NCBI RefSeq assembly: GCF_000281045.1
Contig: NW_008246116.1
Span: forward strand, 411,811 to 431,810
Direction: 5' to 3'
Origin: Saprolegnia diclina VS20
Lineage: Eukaryota
Length of the DNA: 20,000 nt
This document shows positions 16,163 through 20,000 of the stretch, piece after piece (position 1 is the first letter of the stretch; every line of letters starts with the position of its first letter). Below the pieces are notes generated by a model. That model worked only from the letters and a program-made list of their open reading frames with translations. It did not search any database and had not been told where the DNA came from. The position numbers and the translations under genes were made by a program.

Positions 16163-17850
16163 ATGACGGCAGCGACCCTGGACCTGCTCCACGACGTGGT
16201 CGAGTACCGCCTCACGAAGCGCGACATCGCGTCGGTGCTCGAGCTCAACGACGGCAACGTCGCGCGCACGATCGACGAGCTCCTCTCGATGCTCAAGATC
16301 CAGGACATGGAGCGCAAGGCGTCGATCGACACGACCAATGATGCCGTTGTCGCTGCCGACTCGAAGCTGCAGTGGGACCTCTTCCTCGCGGAAATGGGCG
16401 CGCATGGCCTGGACGAGGCCACGTGCACGGGCCTCTTGCAAGCGCTTCAAGACACGTGCGGCGGTGACCACGTCGCCTCGTCGACCATTGTGCACGAGTA
16501 CTCGCATGTTGCCTCCTGGACAGCATCTCATGCGCGCGATAGGCTTCTCGCAGCGATGGACGACGCGCCCAAGGAAGAAGACCATCCGATTGTCGCTCTC
16601 CAAGAGCAATTTCCGCACATCCGCAACGACCTCATCGCCAAAATCTTGGAGCAAAACGAGTACGACGTCGCCGCGACGGCCAAAGCGCTGACGGAAACGG
16701 GCCACTTGCTCAACGCCCACGGAAGCCTCGAGAATTACAGCTATGCGTCGATGGCCAAAGGCCCCACGCATACGGCGACGACGGCGCCACCCTCGGCCAA
16801 GAACTTTCCCACGTTGCAGCCGCGCCGCAGCTCGAAACGCCGAGGTACATGCGAGGCAGTGGTGTATCGATGCAACTGCTGTGTCTAGTCGTGCAGTGGG
16901 GCACGCATGCGGCCAATAATGCGTGGGCGACCAACGACCAGGCGCTGCCGACGGGCACGCCGGGATCGCTCTCGACCAAGCTCAAGCTCGAGTACCTCCA
17001 GAAACGTCTTCCGAACGTTGATGCCGACATTCTGTGCACGGTACACTGTCGCCTTTCTATCTTAGTACAGTGTTTCAATGGATGTATCGCAACAGGCGCT
17101 GCTGCTCAACAATGCCAACTTGGAGACGACGGAAGCGATTGTGTCGTCGATTTTCAACATACCGCCCGCATCGAGACCGAGCTCCAACCAGGACGAGCAA
17201 CCACCCAAGTACCACCCGCCACGGCACCGACGTCGCGGTATTGCTCCCTGCATCGAGCGTCGCTGGCATTGACCGGTTCTAGACGAGGCGCCGGACGGCT
17301 TTGCGCAGTACCAAGCACGAACCGAAGCGCTCATTGAAGAGTTGCAGCAGACGCACTCGGCGGCGGTTCGATCGTTTGGTAGCGGCAAGCTCAACCACCA
17401 CTTGGGTCGGGATAAAATGCTATGGTGCGTCGCTCCCTCGATCGCTTGCCTCACGGTCGCGTAGCGTCTCGGCGCTGCGGCGGGAGCTCCAGATCACACG
17501 CGAGCAAGCTGCATATGCCTTTTTCAACGAGAACAAGCATCTCGTCAAGGCCGGCAAGACCGTCGACATGCACGGGCTCTTTCTGCAGGTACTACTATTT
17601 TGGAGTGTTTAGGGGTAGGGTCGACAGACGTTTCATGTAGGAAGCACTGCATGTGCTCGAGTATTGCTTGGACTATGCCAAGAAAAGCCGCGTGCGCAAG
17701 TTTATGGTGGTCACGGGCGTCGGCAACCACGCGACCAAGCCCGGCAAGATGTTCAACAGCATCGACGCGTCGCTCGCGCGTCGTGGCGTCAAGTACACCA
17801 AGGGCCCGGGCCATTTTGTCATCCAGCCTTTTTTTCAAACCACTGCCTAG
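16163..17850 (+). CDS. CUE-domain + Smr-domain protein, Cue2/NONU-1/N4BP2-like endonuclease (~483 aa). Exons 16163-16844, 16889-17040, 17096-17237, 17283-17424, 17465-17588, 17641-17850
   Basis: CUE/UBA-like segments: DIASVLELNDGNVARTIDELL, LQEQFPHIRNDLIAKILEQNEYDVAATAKAL and LQKRLPNVDADILCT|ALLLNNANLETT. The C-terminal Smr domain reads TVDMHGLFLQ|EALHVL...MVVTGVGNHA...GPGHFVI (DxHG and TGxGxH motifs). Five GT-AG introns of 40-55 nt; total CDS is 1452 nt, in frame. Confidence 0.87.
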
Positions 17851-17984
17851 GATAGGCACAAAGTTTCGTGTTCGGCATATATACCTACATAAACCTTCGA
17901 TTCGAATCATGGGACGTCCAGCAATTGTTGACAACTGTCTCATGCACAGCGAGCTGCAAAGAAAGCTAAAGAACCGGCGTCGTC

Positions 17985-18058
17985 TCCCACGGTGGTCCCA
18001 CGGTGGTCCCACTGTGGTCCCGCAAGCCGCGAACAAAGGCCCAGCACAGGCCCAGCAC
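17985..18058. repeat. Two adjacent 11-bp tandem repeats: (TCCCACGGTGG) x3.4 and (AGGCCCAGCAC) x2
   Basis: 17985-18021 reads tcccacggtgg tcccacggtgg tcccactgtgg tccc. 18037-18058 reads aggcccagcac aggcccagcac. Confidence 0.8.
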
Positions 18059-18556
18059 AAGCGTACCGTCTCTCATCATGCCTTGGACAGAACCCGAGTG
18101 TCTCTAGCTGTTGGATACGTGGTCTGGCGTGCTCGTCAGTACACGTCCGTTGCAGCATCAAGCGACGAGACGTTGGTCATTTGCGAATATGTATCTCTCC
18201 TCCGCGTGCGATCAGCGAAATGTTGCGGTCCATCGGGCGGGCTGAACGCATACTAGTACTACGTCTCGACAGTGGAGCCTCAACTCTTGACGACAAGGGA
18301 TCGATCTGTGTTTCGATAGGCAGAGGTGCGACGACGACGCGAGCCACCGCGGTGCATCATCATCGATTTCAAACGTTAGTATTTTGTGCCGCGTACGCAT
18401 CCAACTCTGTCTCTTGCCCCTGCAACCGTGCGGGACAACTTGTCTGAAATAGCGAATAACGAACATTAGCAACGACCTTGGCAAAACGGACGCCAAAGGG
18501 ACTTGGTACCACCCACAATCTGCACTATTCCACGCATCTACGACGCCAGCTTTGCG

Positions 18557-20000
18557 ATGGAATCGCCGCCGACTGCCACGTCACCGCGATGGCTCAACGC
18601 CCTTGGCTTCAGCTACGTGCTCTTCACAGTCGGTCTGAGCATCGGCATCATGTACGTCATGTCCACGTACCTCGCCAACGACTTGTTCTGGCCCGACTTT
18701 GTCGTAAGTGGCATGCAAAACGCGATCATCGACTTCTTCAACAGCCGCCTCGCGCTCAACGCCACGTCGCTCGAGCTCCTCAACCCGGCGTTTGCTCCGC
18801 CCACACTCTATGACAGCTCGGCCATGGCACTCGACATCTACGAAGCGTACCCGCGTTTGGTGCTGTACGCCGAGCTCACGGCCATGGACAAGGCGATTGC
18901 GAGTCTTCGCCAGCTCCTTGCGACCGAGGTGACGCACATGATGACGCAGTACTGCTGGGTCGACTTGCAGCAACGCTGGGAGCTCGGCCATTCGCATAAG
19001 CGCCAAGCACGGTGCGTCGCCAAAGACAAGGCGAACGCCGCCGTGTACCTCGAAGCGGTCGGGCGCAACATCGATTATGCCTCCTGGGACCCAATCTACA
19101 AAGGCTTCTTCAACAACTTGATTGTGAGCGCGCTCACCCGATCACCCGACGGCAACCCCTGGCTGCAAGACATCCGCGCACACGCGTGGGTGCCCGTCGA
19201 CGACGAAGTGGCGTTTTGGAAGGCCCATCAACTCGAATACTTTGAGCTGCAGTGGAGCACGATCCGCCAAACCGGTTTGACGGAAACGATTGGGATTGAG
19301 AATGCGCTGGGGATGACGACGCGCGTGACGATCAAGAGCATCACGCCCGTGGACCGGTACGCGCTGTGGACGACCCACTCGATGTACGCGTCGTTTGAGA
19401 ATGACATGGGCAACTTTTACTTTGGTCCGAACCAGAGTTTGGTGCTCAACAGCCCGCTCTGGTTTGGCTACACGCTCCCAAATGCGATTGAAACGTACAA
19501 CCTCCCGTACCCGCTCAACCACGCCAACACGGCGCTGCACCACCAGCTCGGTGAACTCGGCTCGGTCGACCTCAAGCTCATGCCGCCTCCTCCCGCACTC
19601 ACGGCCGCTGCCGAAGCTTTCATCGCGCAGCTGACGCTTCAGACAACGACTAGTGCGTCACTGGCGGCGGCCGTCGCGAGCATTGGTGCGGTGGATCTGC
19701 GCCCGACGCCACCCCAGTGGCAGAACCCCACGTTTTTGTTTTACGGCGGGAGCCCCGTATGCGCCGACGGCGAACCCTACGACTTTATCCAACGCTCGTT
19801 TGGCTTTGACGACACATGCGCGGGCCAGCTGCCGTTCAGCGTGCAGTGGGCATCGGCCAATTCGATTTTTGCGTTGGCCCAGCTCTCAGCAAACGACCTC
19901 GCGTTGGCCACGGGATCGCTGTGCAGCAGTTTGGCGCTTCCGGCTACGGACGCCAGCCTCTGCACAACGTCCCTCGCTGCGTCCCTCCGCGCGTTTCGCC
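18557..20000 (+). CDS. Large uncharacterised membrane protein of a Saprolegniales-type expanded family; 3'-partial
   Basis: The frame is open from ATG 18557 to the window end, so it is absent from the ORF track. It reads MESPPTATSPRWLNALGFSYVLFTVGLSIGIMYVMSTYLANDLFWPDF...TQYCWVDLQQRWELGHSHKRQARC...NAAVYLEAVGRN...VDDEVAFWKAHQLEYFELQW...IENALG...LGELGSVDL...FYGGSPVC...SFGFDDTC. It has an N-terminal TM anchor and coding-like GC3 bias. I recall this motif series from hypothetical proteins of Saprolegnia/Achlya/Aphanomyces. Confidence 0.85.
   Translation, partial: MESPPTATSPRWLNALGFSYVLFTVGLSIGIMYVMSTYLANDLFWPDFVVSGMQNAIIDFFNSRLALNATSLELLNPAFAPPTLYDSSAMALDIYEAYPRLVLYAELTAMDKAIASLRQLLATEVTHMMTQYCWVDLQQRWELGHSHKRQARCVAKDKANAAVYLEAVGRNIDYASWDPIYKGFFNNLIVSALTRSPDGNPWLQDIRAHAWVPVDDEVAFWKAHQLEYFELQWSTIRQTGLTETIGIENALGMTTRVTIKSITPVDRYALWTTHSMYASFENDMGNFYFGPNQSLVLNSPLWFGYTLPNAIETYNLPYPLNHANTALHHQLGELGSVDLKLMPPPPALTAAAEAFIAQLTLQTTTSASLAAAVASIGAVDLRPTPPQWQNPTFLFYGGSPVCADGEPYDFIQRSFGFDDTCAGQLPFSVQWASANSIFALAQLSANDLALATGSLCSSLALPATDASLCTTSLAASLRAFR

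Noticed and set aside
15896..18058. Short direct repeats considered as CRISPR-like arrays
   Set aside because: The units are contiguous with no unique spacers, there are no cas genes, and the context is eukaryotic.

Overview
This window is eukaryotic, GC-rich and gene-dense. The short introns (mostly 40-55 nt, nearly all ending in TAG) and two lineage-typical gene families point to an oomycete of the Saprolegniales (Saprolegnia/Achlya/Aphanomyces-like); that assignment is inference. I reconstructed eight protein-coding genes by hand: (1) the 3' part of an SMG1-like PIKK ending in a FATC domain; (2) a 3-exon, NAD-binding-domain-only 3-hydroxyacyl-CoA dehydrogenase homologue whose catalytic His and Ser are replaced; (3) a membrane-anchored alpha/beta-hydrolase (lipase-like) protein; (4) a ~6-TM class I cyclic-nucleotide phosphodiesterase; (5) a coiled-coil protein with a CM1/centrosomin-like N-terminus; (6) the ERCC8/CSA WD40 protein, which appears to need a GC-AG intron; (7) a CUE+Smr endonuclease of the Cue2/NONU-1/N4BP2 type; (8) the 5' part of a large uncharacterised membrane protein that the ORF track misses. 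I found no rRNA, tRNA, CRISPR array or intact mobile element. The most interesting observations are the probable pseudo-dehydrogenase, the CM1-like protein, the adenylyl-cyclase-type membrane anchor on the PDE, and the unusual introns (GC-AG, a stop-free in-frame one, and two repeat-expanded ones).
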